From contig CDMY01000277.1 of the NCBI GenBank assembly GCA_001179505.1, positions 75,707 through 139,706 of the forward strand: a DNA stretch of 64,000 nt. Reading direction: 5' to 3'. The stretch comes from Vitrella brassicaformis CCMP3155. Taxonomy: Eukaryota > Protista > Chromerida. Below are positions 16,337 through 31,038 of this stretch, piece by piece. Made by a program: the position numbers and the translations under genes. The notes under the pieces are model-generated. The model was not told where the DNA came from. It saw only the letters and a list, made by a program, of their open reading frames with translations, and searched no databases. Within the stretch, counting starts at the first letter, position 1. Every line of letters begins with the position of its first letter.

Positions 16337-18599
16337 ATGGAGCCGGTCTGTGAATCCACCATCGATGAAGTCATCGTTGATACAGAACACACCGCCTCTC
16401 CAAATTGCGCCTCTCAACCAATTGCGCTCAGCGACGAGAGCACGGGCGCGACTGCTGCCGTGGAGACCTGTTCAGAGAAGGGGGCTGAGGACAATGAGGG
16501 CGGAAAAGAACACGGGCAGCCAATGCGGAGGGAGGAGACCGAGCTGGCGGCCATAGTAGCTGAGTTTCGACTCTGTGCGGGACCTGCAGCCTCCTTTCAG
16601 GAGTTTGAGACTCACTTACGCTATGAGGGAGATTCTTTTGTTGGTGCTGTCTTCACCTTGGAGCCCTTTTGGAAGACAGTGAGGCGGACGGCAAAGGTGC
16701 TCGCCTTCCAAGTGGCCGCTGCGGCAACTATCGCGTTTCCCTGGGCTCTGGTTTGGGTCGGGTACTTCTGGTTTTGTGCGAGAGGACCGTGGATTGTGCT
16801 TGATGTATCTCGCCGCATTGTTGTTGACCTATGCTTTGCCGCTATGATGCTGTTTGCGGCTGAGGGCAGCTTTCGTGGGGCCCTCTATCGCTTGAAGACG
16901 ACATGGCCTTTCTTCGCTCCTTCATTCATCCTACACGTCGGTGCGGGGGCGGTGTTCTTCAATGTGGAGGCCTTGTGGCCTTACCGCCTTATAATCACAG
17001 GTTGTTCCTATGTGTCCGCAGGGATTGTCCTGCCAGTCATGTAAGAAAGGGAACATATGAAGGATGGTCTACAGAAAAGTGGCAGCTCATGTCATATTTT
17101 CTTGTGTTGCATGCAGGGTCTTTCGCCAAGTGGCCCTGACATCGACGACAGTCGTGAGGAAGCGGCTTTATGTCCTCCAAATGACGCTCATCTTTTTCTT
17201 CAGTATGGCTTTTTCATACTGCGGTCGTCTTTTTTTCTTCCCTCTTTTCCGAGACATAGCGAGAGATCGCGGAAAGAAAAAAATTGTCGTCATCAGTTGG
17301 TTGTTCGCAATGTCGCCTCTTCTTGCACTCCGTTAGGCAGCATAGTCTTATCGTAGCCTCATCCTGTGCCTTCGAATTGTGCGTCTTGTAGTGACGGCGT
17401 TAGTCCGCTCATTGCGCGACGGTCCTGCGCTGCAATCGGGTCCAGCAATCTCGTTCGGGGTGGTTGTGTTCAGTTTCTTCCCAAGAATGATGCAGGCCAA
17501 GACGCAGCATCTGTCATCTCAGGTAAAAGATGCATGCAAACCGCACGCTTCGGTCATTTTCTTTTCTTTTTTTAACCCTCGGTGTGTGTCCACGTGTTCT
17601 CTCAGGTTTTGACTTCGCTAATCCTCGCCTCGTTCGACTTATTGACAGACTTGGCAATTCCATATTGTGAGCACACAGTATACGTACATGAGAACGATTA
17701 GCGATAATGGCCCGATCCATGCTTTCTGTCTGTCTGTCTGTCTGTCTATGTGTGTAGTGGTGGTTGTTGGCGGCATAGCTAAGAGAGCTTTAATGCAATG
17801 CCTCGTCTCATTCAAAGCACGGAGGAAAGTCCGGCATCAGCACTCAAACGAGATGCTCGATACCGTTACTGGCGATGGCACCGACCACACAGAAAGACCG
17901 AACGTCATAAAGCAGCCGCCGGCTGTACTGCTCAGCCGTCTGTCCACTACTGTAATGAGCTTCTACACGAGAAGTCGTACAAGCGCCAGCACTCTTTTCA
18001 GCCGCCAATTGCTGAGGTCCTTGAGCTCGTTTCTCGATGTCCCCACACGAGTTGTCCAATTCAAGCTTCACCCGATATTCCTCAGAAGACTCAGCGACGT
18101 AAGGGAGGAGCATGTGAATTTCCTTCATACATTCAAATCCCACGTCTCCCCCCTGTTCTGGCTGATTTCCGTCGATGGACGATAAATGCAGCAGATGCAC
18201 GCTTACGGCTTGGTGGAACTCACGGTTCTCATTCTCACAAACCTGTGCATCATCACCCGCGACCAGGTGCTGTCTCCATCGGTTCGGCAGCTGCTTGAAC
18301 GAGTTGCCGGTCTGCTGATCATAGTGCTTATCGAGGTGGTCTTTGAGGGCGTACTTTTCGTTTGGCTGGTCCGGTCCGCCAATTTGCCCCTCCTTAGAAG
18401 CATGGCGGAGCCCGGTGTTATGAAAATGCATATAGCCGGGATGGCAACCGCCGGCGGCATATTCATTATACGTTCAGGGCCATACTTTGTGCTTTTTCTC
18501 TTGAGTGCTGTGGATGAAAGCAGATACGAACGAATTGGGACGACGCAAGACTTCTGCCCCAACCACTGGACCGTACTAGATATAGGAGACCCCCTATGA
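16337..18599 (+). CDS. Uncharacterised multi-pass membrane protein
   Basis: An acidic N-terminus is followed by many hydrophobic helices. The frame is kept across GT-AG introns at 17041-17116, 17332-17391, about 17523-17606, about 17667-17756 and 18099-18191. The ATG at 16337 is preferred because the one at 16226 overlaps the LRRC72 start. Confidence 0.65.
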
Positions 18600-19659
18600 G
18601 TGGGTCGGACATAAAGTTTCTGGTATGTTAGCGTGCTATCGGTGATTTAGGCGATTCTCGAGATGTCCAATTTCTCAAGTGACTGGCTGGAATGATCTTG
18701 TGGAGCAAATGTGCGAGAGAGGGAGGGCGTGCTTGATGGATGCTGCGCGTGGAGACACTGACACATACTGTGACGGTGACATCCACACAGCCGCTGTGGG
18801 GTCACTGACGTGTCATGTCTCGATTTTTGGGCTGACTGACAAAGCCAAGGGGCGGCGCAGATGTGTGTCTTGCTCTATCAGTGTGTGCGCATCAACAAGA
18901 TTGTTGCCTGTCTGGATGTTCATGACATTGGATGTGATCGGAGGCAATGCAATTTGAAGAGGATGGTGTCGAGTGGTGAATTGTCTCTTACTTCGTTTCG
19001 AATCTCTCCCACACCACAGAGGACGGGGAACATGTGACGGAGGGCCGTCTGGTTCATCGTGTGTGAATCGGGTGCTGTGTGTCTGTGGCTGTGATGATGT
19101 GTCTCACTCATCAGCAACTGACGCGATTTCTCACATGTGTCCAGTCAGCTGATCAAAGCAAGCTGACACGCAGATGCACAACAGACCCTTCACGGATGGA
19201 CTCTTCATATAAGTCAACCCATGCACACCCACAGACGTCCACCTGAGAGGCCAGCGAGTCTTCGAGGCCTCAATCTGCCACCCATGTGGCCCACACCCCC
19301 ACACCTCACCTCCACACCTAATCTGCCTGTCCACTCCTTTCATTTCACTGCATTGCCAGCCATCAGCCGTCAGCCGTCGCCCGTCGCCCACCCACCCCCC
19401 CTACACACACGCACAAACAAACAGATTGGCCTGGGCACTCACTTAGCAAACACACTTAGGAAACGCGAAAAAGTGACTGATGGGGGTGAAACCCCATCAA
19501 TCATCAACCATGCAAACTGCCCGCCCACTCTTTCGTTACCATTCCGCGACATTACACACAATTCCATCACAGCACACGACACGCATAATGCAACCATGGG
19601 CAGACTAAAAAGTGACCGAATCAATTGGCCGGCCACCCATCCGTCCCTTAGTCAGTCAG

Positions 19660-21972
<2,313 letters not shown>

Positions 21973-22084
21973 AATCGAGTTGTTGGAGTCGGGGGCGTGC
22001 ACCAAGACAGAATGTGTGCTCGCGATGTGTTCGAATTGCTGTGGGTTTCCTTCTCCCTCAAAGAGGAAGATCGCGGTGGCTTCA

Positions 22085-22093
22085 AGCTCGCAA
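22085..22093 (-). promoter_or_regulatory. Candidate promoter motif TTGCGAGCT (aspartic protease / 4-TM)
   Basis: Reads AGCTCGCAA on the + strand, inside the 141-bp divergent spacer. Confidence 0.55.
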
Positions 22094-22113
22094 TCTCTGC
22101 CCGCTTACGTACC

Positions 22114-23713
22114 ATGGAAATGTGGCGACGCATTCGACGTAAGTGCACACACGAATTGTGCCATGAATGGACGAGCCTGCAACGGTCCGTCTGTCGCCTG
22201 TCTGTTTGCCTCTCCGTGTGTGTCGCAAGCAGATCAGCTCAACAACGGGAAGTTCTACTTTGTCGGGTACATCCTCTCTCTGTGCCTGGCGGTGCCTCTC
22301 ACGCTGTACGCCCTGCTCAGTCATGAATGGGTAACATGCAGCCCGAATGAATAGCATGCCTGCATGCCGTCTGTCTGTGTGGTTTTTGCAATGGCTGTCG
22401 TCTGTGTGTTCCTCGGCGGCTCCACAGAAGCTGACGGTGAGGGAGGGAGGGAGGGAGGGAGAGGGGCAAGAGTTGAGGACGTTCTTGTGTGGTTGGTGTG
22501 CAGGGGGGAGGCGGCACGAGAGCGGGGTTGCTGTTCATCGACGGTAGGGACATCTTCACAAGTGTCGACGGCAGGCAGTCCCAATGGTACGTGTCCTTCC
22601 TCGCCGACACCAACTGCAGGAATGCACGGACGCAGAAACTCGACCCGGGTCAGTCTAAAGACATACAGACGATACAGGACACAGACGAGGGCCTCCCCTC
22701 TTCTCCGGGCTGCCTTGCCTGCAGATTTCGCTATCTGTGAGGACGCCTACTGGCTGTCGAAAGGAGGCATGATTGCCTTTGGGACGTCTCTGGCGGCGCT
22801 GGTGGGCGCCCTTGTGGTGCTCGTGGTGGACGGGCTGTCCTTTTTCTCGTTACGCTTTGGCGCCCCGCTGCTGAGCGAGCCCATCACACACACGGGCGTG
22901 TGGAAAAAGCTGCCGCAGGTATACAGGTGGATGACAGACAGACACCACACACACGGATGGATGGATGGGTGGGTGGGTGGGTGGGTGGGTGGACGGATTG
23001 GGGGGTGCAGATGTTGCTTCAATGCTCCAGCTGGATACTGCTGGCTGGCTACGTCTTGTTCCTCGAGCTCACCTTCGGGGCCATGAGCATCACGCAATAC
23101 GGACGCGGGCTGTGGACGATGCTGCTTGGTGAGAGAGAAGAAGAGAAACTTTGTGTCGTTGGTGCTCTGCTCTCATTCCATTCCTCCATTTGGCTGGCTG
23201 ACTGCCTGGCTGTGTGCAGGTGTGGCTTGCCTATCATTCTCGGCTGGCTTCCGAGGCAGGGCCCACCGCACACGCGCCCTCTCGACACATCAGCATCAGT
23301 CCGATGGCCACCAGGGGCTGCTGGATATGGCCCCTGGTGGCCAACCACCGTACACCCATACATACGACCAGCCTCACGACCCCCCAGCTTCAGCTGCTGC
23401 TGCAACTAGACATGTGCCCTCTGGTGGAGAGCGGAGGGCCAAGCCAAACATGATGAGCGGGATTGGGCTCGTTTGCTTTGCCGCTCTCACGTGCCTCGCG
23501 CGCGGCTTTCCGCACCAGAGACCTTACTGTCTGTCGCTCCGCCCTGGCCTCTCACGACATCGCGCCATCACGAGACCCAGCGACAGGCGTGTGGTGCTGC
23601 ATCAGATGCCGCAGAAAGGCGAGAACGCATCCCAGGTATGTATGGACATACGAGGAGCTGTGGTGGATGATGCTCAATGCTGCCAACGGACATGTGTGTG
23701 TGTGTGTGATTGA
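22114..23713 (+). CDS. Putative 4-TM (claudin/PMP22-like topology) membrane protein, 3' end uncertain
   Basis: The spliced frame reads MEMWRRIRHQLNNGKFYFVGYILSLCLAVPLTLYALLSHEW..FAICEDAYWLSKGGMIAFGTSLAALVGALVVLVV..WILLAGYVLFLELTFGAM..GLWTMLL|GVACLSF. The family call rests on topology only. Confidence 0.5.
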
Positions 23714-24378
23714 TTGATTGATTGATGCAGTCGTCAGCAGCGGCCGGCAATGAAACAGATGCGACGACAAGTGACTTGCAGGTATATACATGCACACACA
23801 CACACACACAAGAAAGCCTCTGCGGCACAATCCCTCCCCCCCTCCCTTGCTCCCTGGATGCCTGGATGTAGGTGCCCGTGATAGAGGGCGAGCCTTCCCC
23901 ATTCCCCTTGTACTCAATTTTCCTCGAGGTGCGTGGCACATGCACATAAGCAAGTGTGTGTCCCTTCCTCACTCTCTCTGTGCACTGCATCTTAAAAGAA
24001 GGAAAGCTACCTGGACGACCTCAAGGTATGAGGGTGAGAACATGCACAGGTGAATGAGGGCATGGGGAGCGCTCTCTGTGCGGTGCATCTTAAGATCGAC
24101 AATCTCATCACGCTGATCTCGGCACACCGAACGCACTGTAAGGACGGCAGATCGTTTGTTGACTTCTATACAGACCTTTACCATGCCATCAAAGACCCAA
24201 CACAGAGGTATACAGACACACACAGAGACGCACACGCACACGCATGGGCAGCTTCACTGTGAGTGTGCCACATATGCGTGTGTGTATTGCCATCGTGATT
24301 TCCGTCAGTGTTCAAGGAGACGGCAGCCGCTGGGGTTTGTTCGTCCCGATGATTTGGCCCCGGTTTACCAGGCCCTGA
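23450..24378 (+). CDS. Hypothetical protein with a signal-peptide-like start (separate gene or continuation of the upstream gene)
   Basis: MMSGIGLVCFAALTCLARGF.. is followed by short in-frame exons VPVIEGEPSPFPLYSIFLE|KESYLDDLK|IDNLITLISAHRTH|YLYHAIKDPTQ. The last exon is ambiguous. Confidence 0.35.
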
Positions 24379-24855
24379 TGATATGCATCGCAGACGACCT
24401 GGACATCGCATACGTACAGGAGGGCGTCGGATTTGACATCTAAGTCCGGATTGGCCACCTATGTTTGAGGTGCTGCATGTAGTACTTCCCGGGGTCTTAG
24501 GGGGCACATGTAGCCGCCCCAGCCTCTGTGCCAGGAGGTGGTCGATGGCCATGAGGAAACGCGGGAACGTGCGCTGCAACTCGGGCAACTCAACGGGCTG
24601 AACACACACAGCACACCACAGCATGTGCTGTGTGTTGTGAGATAGTGATGGGTCTGTGTGAGACTGGGCAACCAGTTTGTTTTCGACTGTGTGCAGATAT
24701 GGTGATTTACATGAATGGAGAAAGCAACTGCATGCGATGAATGCAGCCAGCGAGACAGACAGACAGACCCCTTTTCGCTATACAACCAAAGTGTCACACA
24801 GCCCTATACAAATCCTCCCTCCCTCCGTGCCTGCCTGCCTGCCTGCCTCAATTTG

Positions 24856-26185
24856 TTAGTGAGCCCGCTGCCTGCCCCTGAGGCCACGGGTCAGCCGCAG
24901 CTCCTCGATGCGGCGCACCACACCGGCCAGAAGCTGCTCGTAGTCACCAATGCCTGAAATATACACACGCAGGTGCCTGCACCCCCTTGGCGTGTGCGTG
25001 CGGCCTGCATACTGTCAATGAGCCGCTGGTCGTCCACACTGGGCTCCAGCTCTCCCAGGTCGGCATCTCGCTTCAAGTCATTGATCTGCATGCAGTGAGT
25101 GATCTCATGCATGCATCGATAAACCACCAATTGCCAGCCAACCAGCCAGATGGCAGGTACCTGCTGAATTTTCCTGCGCAGGTCGCGCTCTTCCTCGCAC
25201 AGACGTGTGATCCGGGCCTCGAAGTCCTGACCACACACACCGAGACAGACACCCAAGGGCACACCACAGCAGACGCATCCATCCATCCATCCATCCATTC
25301 ATTCATCCCAACAGGGCAGTGAGTGCGTGTGTTGCTTGCCTCGGGCGGCTGTTGGCCTCCCTCCCCCACCCTCTCACGGCCGCCGCACCCATAGCCGTAC
25401 TCACTGCCGGCCGCTCCGTACATGCTGGGAGGGCCGTGTACCGATTCCTCAACTAACCAATGCACACAACACACAGAGGACAGCGTTTCTCAGCCAGCAT
25501 ATGCAGACGCGGACGGACGTCTCACCCACCTTCACTCTGGTCGTCCGCATCGCCACAGCCACCTGCCGCACGGCTGTTGCCGCTGCTCCCGCCCGCACCC
25601 GCACCCAACTCGCTCCACTCCCCGGTGGACGGCGCATTGCTGTGGTTGGTTCGGAAGGTGTCGATGTAGGATGCGGGCTCTGGTTTTCTGTCGGGGCAGG
25701 TGCGCTCGTGCCGCTCCATCTCAGTATCATTCCAGGCCACTGCACCACACACAGACACAGACGTAGACACAGGTGGGGTACGTTTTGCAATGGATGGACA
25801 TCATGGACGGGCGGGGGATGCGTACGTACTGTGAAGGTCGTTGTACTGGCAGTACTTGAGCTGGTCCTTCATCTCCCGATACGCCGTGCACCTGTATTCG
25901 TAGTGCCGCCTGTCGCGCACACACACAGACACACACAAAGCACAGGTGCCGAGTGAATATTAAGCATGTGTGCCGGCGCGGGTGCTGTGTGCACCGTAGC
26001 TTCGATTTGGGCACCAGGTGGCCGAAGAAACATTGTACTTTCTCCTCTGCAATGCACACATCCACACGACAGTGAGTGACACCAAAGGGATGGCAGCGCC
26101 TGCCTGCCTGCCTGCATTCAGCATGCAGCACACCTGTGTCGAGCTCATGCCCCTGCTTCTTCGGGCCAATCTCCACCATGACCAT
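24856..26185 (-). CDS. Tandem CHHC (U11-48K-type) zinc-finger protein, GTSF1/Asterix-like, with a C-terminal coiled coil
   Basis: Spliced sequence: MVEIGPKKQGHELDT|EEKVQCFFGHLVPKSKL|RRHYEYRCTAYREMKDQLKYCQYNDLH|MAWNDTEMERHERTCPDRK..DFEARITRLCEEERDLRRKIQQ|INDLK..RAH*. The N- and C-terminal junctions keep frame. Confidence 0.72.
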
Positions 26186-26313
26186 GCATACATACATGCA
26201 GTACTCGATCATGCGATGGAAAATTGCAAAGGATAATAGAAGCGATGGACGACTGCACTGCCACCTCCCCTCATTCTCCACTTGAGGAGGGGAAGAGAGC
26301 GGTTCGAGGAAAT

Positions 26314-26322
26314 TTGCGAGCT
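26314..26322 (+). promoter_or_regulatory. Candidate promoter motif TTGCGAGCT (GTSF1-like / PUB-UBX)
   Basis: Exact motif inside the 180-bp divergent spacer. Confidence 0.55.
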
Positions 26323-26365
26323 TTGCCGAACAAACAAGCGGTTTTTTGAGCATTGTTGGCGCGCC

Positions 26366-29300
26366 ATGGCTGACACAGAGGTGAGAATCGTCACATGCGC
26401 AAGGTCATTGTGATCTCATCGTGATCTGTCTGTTTGTCTGTCTGCCTGTCTGCCATTGATGCAGGCTGGCGAGTTTTTGATAGAGGTGGGCAAGGAGCTC
26501 AATCGGACGCCAGAACAGATGCAGGGCATCATACAAAAGTGAGCAAGCGACGAACGAGCGGCAGTCAAAGAAAGATCCACAGCCGGTCGCGTGTTGGTTG
26601 CTGCGTGTGTTTGTGTCGTGTGCAGGGTGGTTGTCGACAACTGGTACGAGACCATTGGTAAGCCAATCACCGAACCATTCACACACACATATATGGCTGC
26701 CATCTATTGACCACCAACCACACACGTGTCGGGTGTGACTGTGACTGTTCACTCAGAGTCTCTGCAGGAGGTGAGCGACGTGCAGTGGCAGACGATGCAG
26801 CTCCCCGGCCGCCTCATCGACATCATCAAAGCCAAGCTAGCGCTACTCGCACCCCAACACCAGCACCTTTCCATCCCGCCCGTCCACCACCCAGTGGCAC
26901 CCTCACCATCAGCCATGATGGACGTCGACCCCTCCTCCTCTGTGCCTCAGCCCGGCGCCATGGCCAGTGCCAACGCGCTGAGTCCGCCTGCCGGTTTGGG
27001 TCTGCCGCTGTCGATGCCGTCAATCCCGTCAGTGGCGGCCACGTGTGGGGACAGCGTGAGCTCGGTCAAGGAGTTCAACAGCAACGAGGACCGGGAGATG
27101 GAGGGCAGCGATGTCGAGAGGCTCACCACTGGTCAGTCACTCACACAGAGAGGGACAGAGAGAGGAGTAAACCAGGAGAAGAGAGGGGCGATGGTTCGTC
27201 AGCCGGCCGGCACGCACAGTTGTGTTGGGCTGTTTTGATGTTCTGTTTTCGCGTTTTCTGGTGTTGTGTGTGTTAGTTGAGTTTGCGCCACCGGAGGAGG
27301 TCAAGTTCCCCCTGCCCATCCTCTCCGCCACCGAGAAAATCAAACAGGAGGTAAGAGGGGCAGTCAGGATGGATAGAGTGACTCCGAGAGTCGTCACATG
27401 GCCAGCCGGGTGGGTGTCCACTATCAGGTTCCCGTCGACAAGATGCCAGGCGTGTTGATCACGCTCGGCCGGCTGCTCAACGGAGTGCTCGCGAGCCCCA
27501 CAAACGAGAGCAAACGCAAAATACGAAAGGTGCGTACGCGTGGGGCGAAATGAAGTGGCAATGCACTCATTCACAGCATAGCCTGTCTGAGTGTTGGGTG
27601 TGTGTGTTGGTGGCCTCACCACCCACTCAGGAGAATGAGAATTTCCAAGCCAAAGTGGGCCAGTTCGCTGCAGGGGTGGCCTTCCTTCAATCGGTAGGAG
27701 CGTCTGTCTGTCGTGGATGTGCGCCATCTGTGTGCAATTGATTTGTGTCACCAACCAGGTCGGTTTCCAGGACGTCGGCGAGCACCTGATCCTGCCTGTG
27801 GCGTACCTCTCACGGTCAGCCAGGCAGTCACGCCATGCGCCATAGCCACATTGGCAGGTGTGCCGTGTTTGGTATGGTTGCTGCAGGCTGACTGATGCGC
27901 ACGGTGCGTTGACCGAGCTGGGCCGCGAGGCGGGCGTGACGGTTCCGCCCATACCCAACCCCACACCGGCTGACAAACACATCATGTAAGTGCGTGAGTG
28001 CGCTGCCCACACCCACACACGCGCCATAGACAACACACATACGAACACACACACACGTGCGTCAGGTTCAACCCCTATCAGTCGAGCATCACCTCTACCA
28101 CGGCTGAGTTCAGGCAAGAGGGAGGCGGGGCGGGATGGATGGATGGATGTGTGGGTGTGTCGTGCCTTTGTGTTGCTGGGTGCCGTGCAGTCGGGTGCAG
28201 GGCAAGCTGGCCGAGAAGCGGTTTCACGAGGTCGACCAGATACGCGCTGAGCTCAAGCAAAAGAAAGAGGACATACGCGTAACTGAGCCACCCGAAGCCC
28301 ACGCCACACTAGCTAGTGGCCCATGTGTGTGTGTGTGTGTGTGTGTGTGTGCCTCTGTGCCTCCGTCAGCGTGGCGGCGAAGGCGACACAGTGGAGCTGA
28401 GGCCTGTGGCCTTCCACCTCTCGCGTACACAAACAAGATCGCCACACCACCGACACCCACACTGTTCATCTTTCTCTGTGTGTGTTGGTGTGGTGTGTGC
28501 AGGTATGGGTCGTTTGGAGGATGCATTGAGTGCGGTGCAGCAGGAGCGTGAGCAGGAGGAAACCAACCCAGGGGAGGCCGGCGTGGCCCAGTCGGATATC
28601 GCCAAAATCAAGGAGGTCTGCGAGCGCTTCACAGGCTGCGCTTTGACATCACTGTGTGTGTGTGTCTCTGTGTGTGTGAGTTGTTAGAGTATGGGTGACG
28701 GTCCGCAGTTCAAGTCGCGTGCCAAGCAGGAGCTGGCCAAACTGAGCAAGCAGAAAGTCCACAGACAGGCAAGTGCATGTTGAGCGACTGACTGAGTGAC
28801 CCTCTGCTCACCTGATTGATGCACACGTGTGTGTCGTGTGCGTGTGTGTGGCTGATGCAGTGCATACTGCGTGTGTTGTTCCCCGACAAGCTGGTGCTGC
28901 AGCTGCACTTCCGCCCCGTCGACACCATCGCACACGTGCAGCAGCAGATCAAGCAGGTACACACACACATTGCAACTGGGTGGATGGACGGATGGATGGA
29001 TGGATGGACGCTCCCACGATTGTGTCTGTGTTCAGCTGTTACGTGAGGAGTGCAGGGATCTGCCGTGGTACATCTACGAGACCCCACCGATGCGCAAATT
29101 CACAGCTAGAAGGACGCTCCACGACGAGGTGCGCATAGCTGTCCGGCAGAAAGGGAGACACCCAGCGCAGGGGATCATTTGTCTTGGGTATCTCTGTCTG
29201 CAGGGTCTGGTCCCCGGTGCTATGGTGCACTTCGCCTTTGTTGGTGGGGAGGGAGGGAGGGAGGCGAGGAGTCGAATGGGTGTGTCGATTGATCCCTATC

Positions 29301-29527
29301 TCACGCATGGCATGTATCAGGTGCCGCCAACGGCTCTGCGGCCAACATCCCCCAGCCTCCTTACCTGCAAGCATCGCTCCTCACACACCTGACCACCCAG
29401 ACACAGCAGACACAGCAGCAGGTATGGGTGGATGTGCGCAAGCACTCACTGACTGACAAGGCAGGCAGGCAATGCTTCTGTTGACCATTCAGGCCACCAA
29501 TGCGCCGAGCACATCGCCGTCGGAGTC

Positions 29528-29558
<31 letters not shown>

Positions 29559-29612
29559 AGTGGTGCTGCAGAGGCCGACCGGCCTGTGCTCAACGGCACG
29601 GACAAGGACTAG
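26366..29612 (+). CDS. PUB plus UBX domain p97/CDC48 cofactor (UBXN6/PUX-like), many short exons
   Basis: PUB-like TLGRLLNGVLASPTNESKRKIRK|..NENFQAKVGQFAAGVAFLQS|VGF and FNPY. UBX-like ILRVLFPDKLVLQLHFRPVDTIAHVQQQI..YIYETPP..GLVPGAMVHF. Stop TAG at 29610-29612. Confidence 0.85.
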
Positions 29613-29734
29613 AAACGCAGGCGGACAGACGGACGGACAAAAGTGTACAGGGAGAGAGAATGGGATGGCGGGTGGATCGATCGACGAACGGGAGCGTGTT
29701 CGTCCCTTTCTTCGCATGCGGACGGACATCATGA

Positions 29735-30060
29735 GTAGATGCATGGGCAGGTGCGTACGTGTGCATGCAAATGGGGCCGGCCGCCCAGCTGTAGCGCAGC
29801 GTGCTGGCCATCCGTCTGCTGGGCGTTTTGTGGCGTGTTTTGGTTTGTCAAGCGGGTAAATGGGTCACCGCATAAACGAATCAGTTGCGTATGTGGGTCA
29901 ACTCGGCTGAATCACTCTGCACACAGTCACGAACGGGTCGGATAACCGGGTCACCTTCCCAAAGAGACCCATGGAGAAATACAGACATTTTGATTGTCGT
30001 GTTCTGAGATGAACCGTTCTCGATGGTGATTTGCATGCCAGCTCGTGTTTGTCCGCCAGG
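29735..30060. repeat. Dispersed repeat segments
   Basis: 29735-29860 matches 33120-33240 in direct orientation. 29935-30060 matches about 35945-36060 in inverted orientation. Confidence 0.85.
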
Positions 30061-30335
30061 GTCACTTGCTGTTCGCAGAGCACCCAGAGAATTCTAATGG
30101 ATTCCGTTTACGTACAAGTTTACTAGAGCGAGCTTTTTGTTTCAAGCGTACGCCGCTAACGCAAGTGTACGAGCACATGGGGGGTCAATGCTCAGGCGCT
30201 AACGCACACGTTAACACCGAGGCTGGAAGAGCTCATCGGAAAGAGATTCCATCTTCTTCATCGCTTTTCGCTGGTTGGTTGTCTTTTCGACGTTGCTCTC
30301 CACTCTTGCTCTGCCTCGCAGTCACCAACAACACG

Positions 30336-31038
30336 ATGATGGTCCGTGTGCTCGGCCTGGTTGTACTCGTCGCTCTCGCTGGCGTCGCCTCGTGCGACTT
30401 TGTGCGGAAGCTTGGGGAAAAGCCTGGTACGCTGCGCTTACACGTCATCATATGTCTGCTTGCTGTGATGTTCATGCACTCGTGCGTGCAGCTGATGAGC
30501 CTGCGCCGGCCCAGTGCACGAAGCCCGCCTTCAGCACCCCATTCGCGGACTTCAAAAAACTCAACATCAATGACATCTTCGTGGCAGGGCCAAACAGCGT
30601 CGTCAACGCCACCCTCCCCGCGAGCAAGATGAAGAAAAAAGAAAAGGTAACACACACGCAGGCGCGCAGGAGCCCACGCACACTCCGCACACTCATGTGT
30701 GGATGCACTCATGCACATGATGCACGCGGGTGATGTCCCTTTGCGTATGTGCAGGGTGGTGATAAGCCGATGAAGCGTTGCGCTGCTCATTCGCGTGGTG
30801 ATGAGCTGGCGACCCAGGAAGCGTACTTACTGGAAGAAGTCTGCACGGATTGGTAAGCATCTTGTCTCGACATGGAATGGCAGGCATCAAGCGCAGCGCG
30901 TGTGATGGTATGGTGTGTGCTTTTGCTTCCTCTTCGATCAGCTGGTGCTATTCTGTCGGCGTGATCGAAATTTGTGGCTATGCTTGCCTAGAGCTTTGGG
31001 ACGACGGCGAGGTTTTCATAGCTGTGTACGACTGCTAG
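30336..31038 (+). CDS. Small secreted protein with a Cys-rich C-terminus (4 exons, about 150 aa)
   Basis: MMVRVLGLVVLVALAGVASC (signal peptide) DFVRKLGEKP|ADEPAPAQC..KKKEK|GGDKPMKRC..EEVCTD|CWCYSVGVIEICGYACLELWDDGEVFIAVYDC*. The introns are GT-AG and keep frame. Confidence 0.7.

Noticed and set aside
17332-17391. Two in-frame TAG stops (plus a TAA at 18183) in the multi-TM ORF, suggesting a pseudogene or a ciliate-like genetic code
   Set aside because: All three stops fall inside frame-preserving GT-AG introns (17332-17391 and 18099-18191), and other genes here end normally in TAA or TAG.
24178-24624. Minus-strand ORF seeming to extend the GTSF1-like gene
   Set aside because: That gene has a clean spliced stop at 24856, and splice signals in this interval favour the + strand.
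26209-26394. Upstream ATGs (26367, 26353) as starts of the CHHC gene
   Set aside because: They collide with the PUB-UBX start at 26366. The ATG at 26185/26179 splices in frame to the zinc-finger exon.
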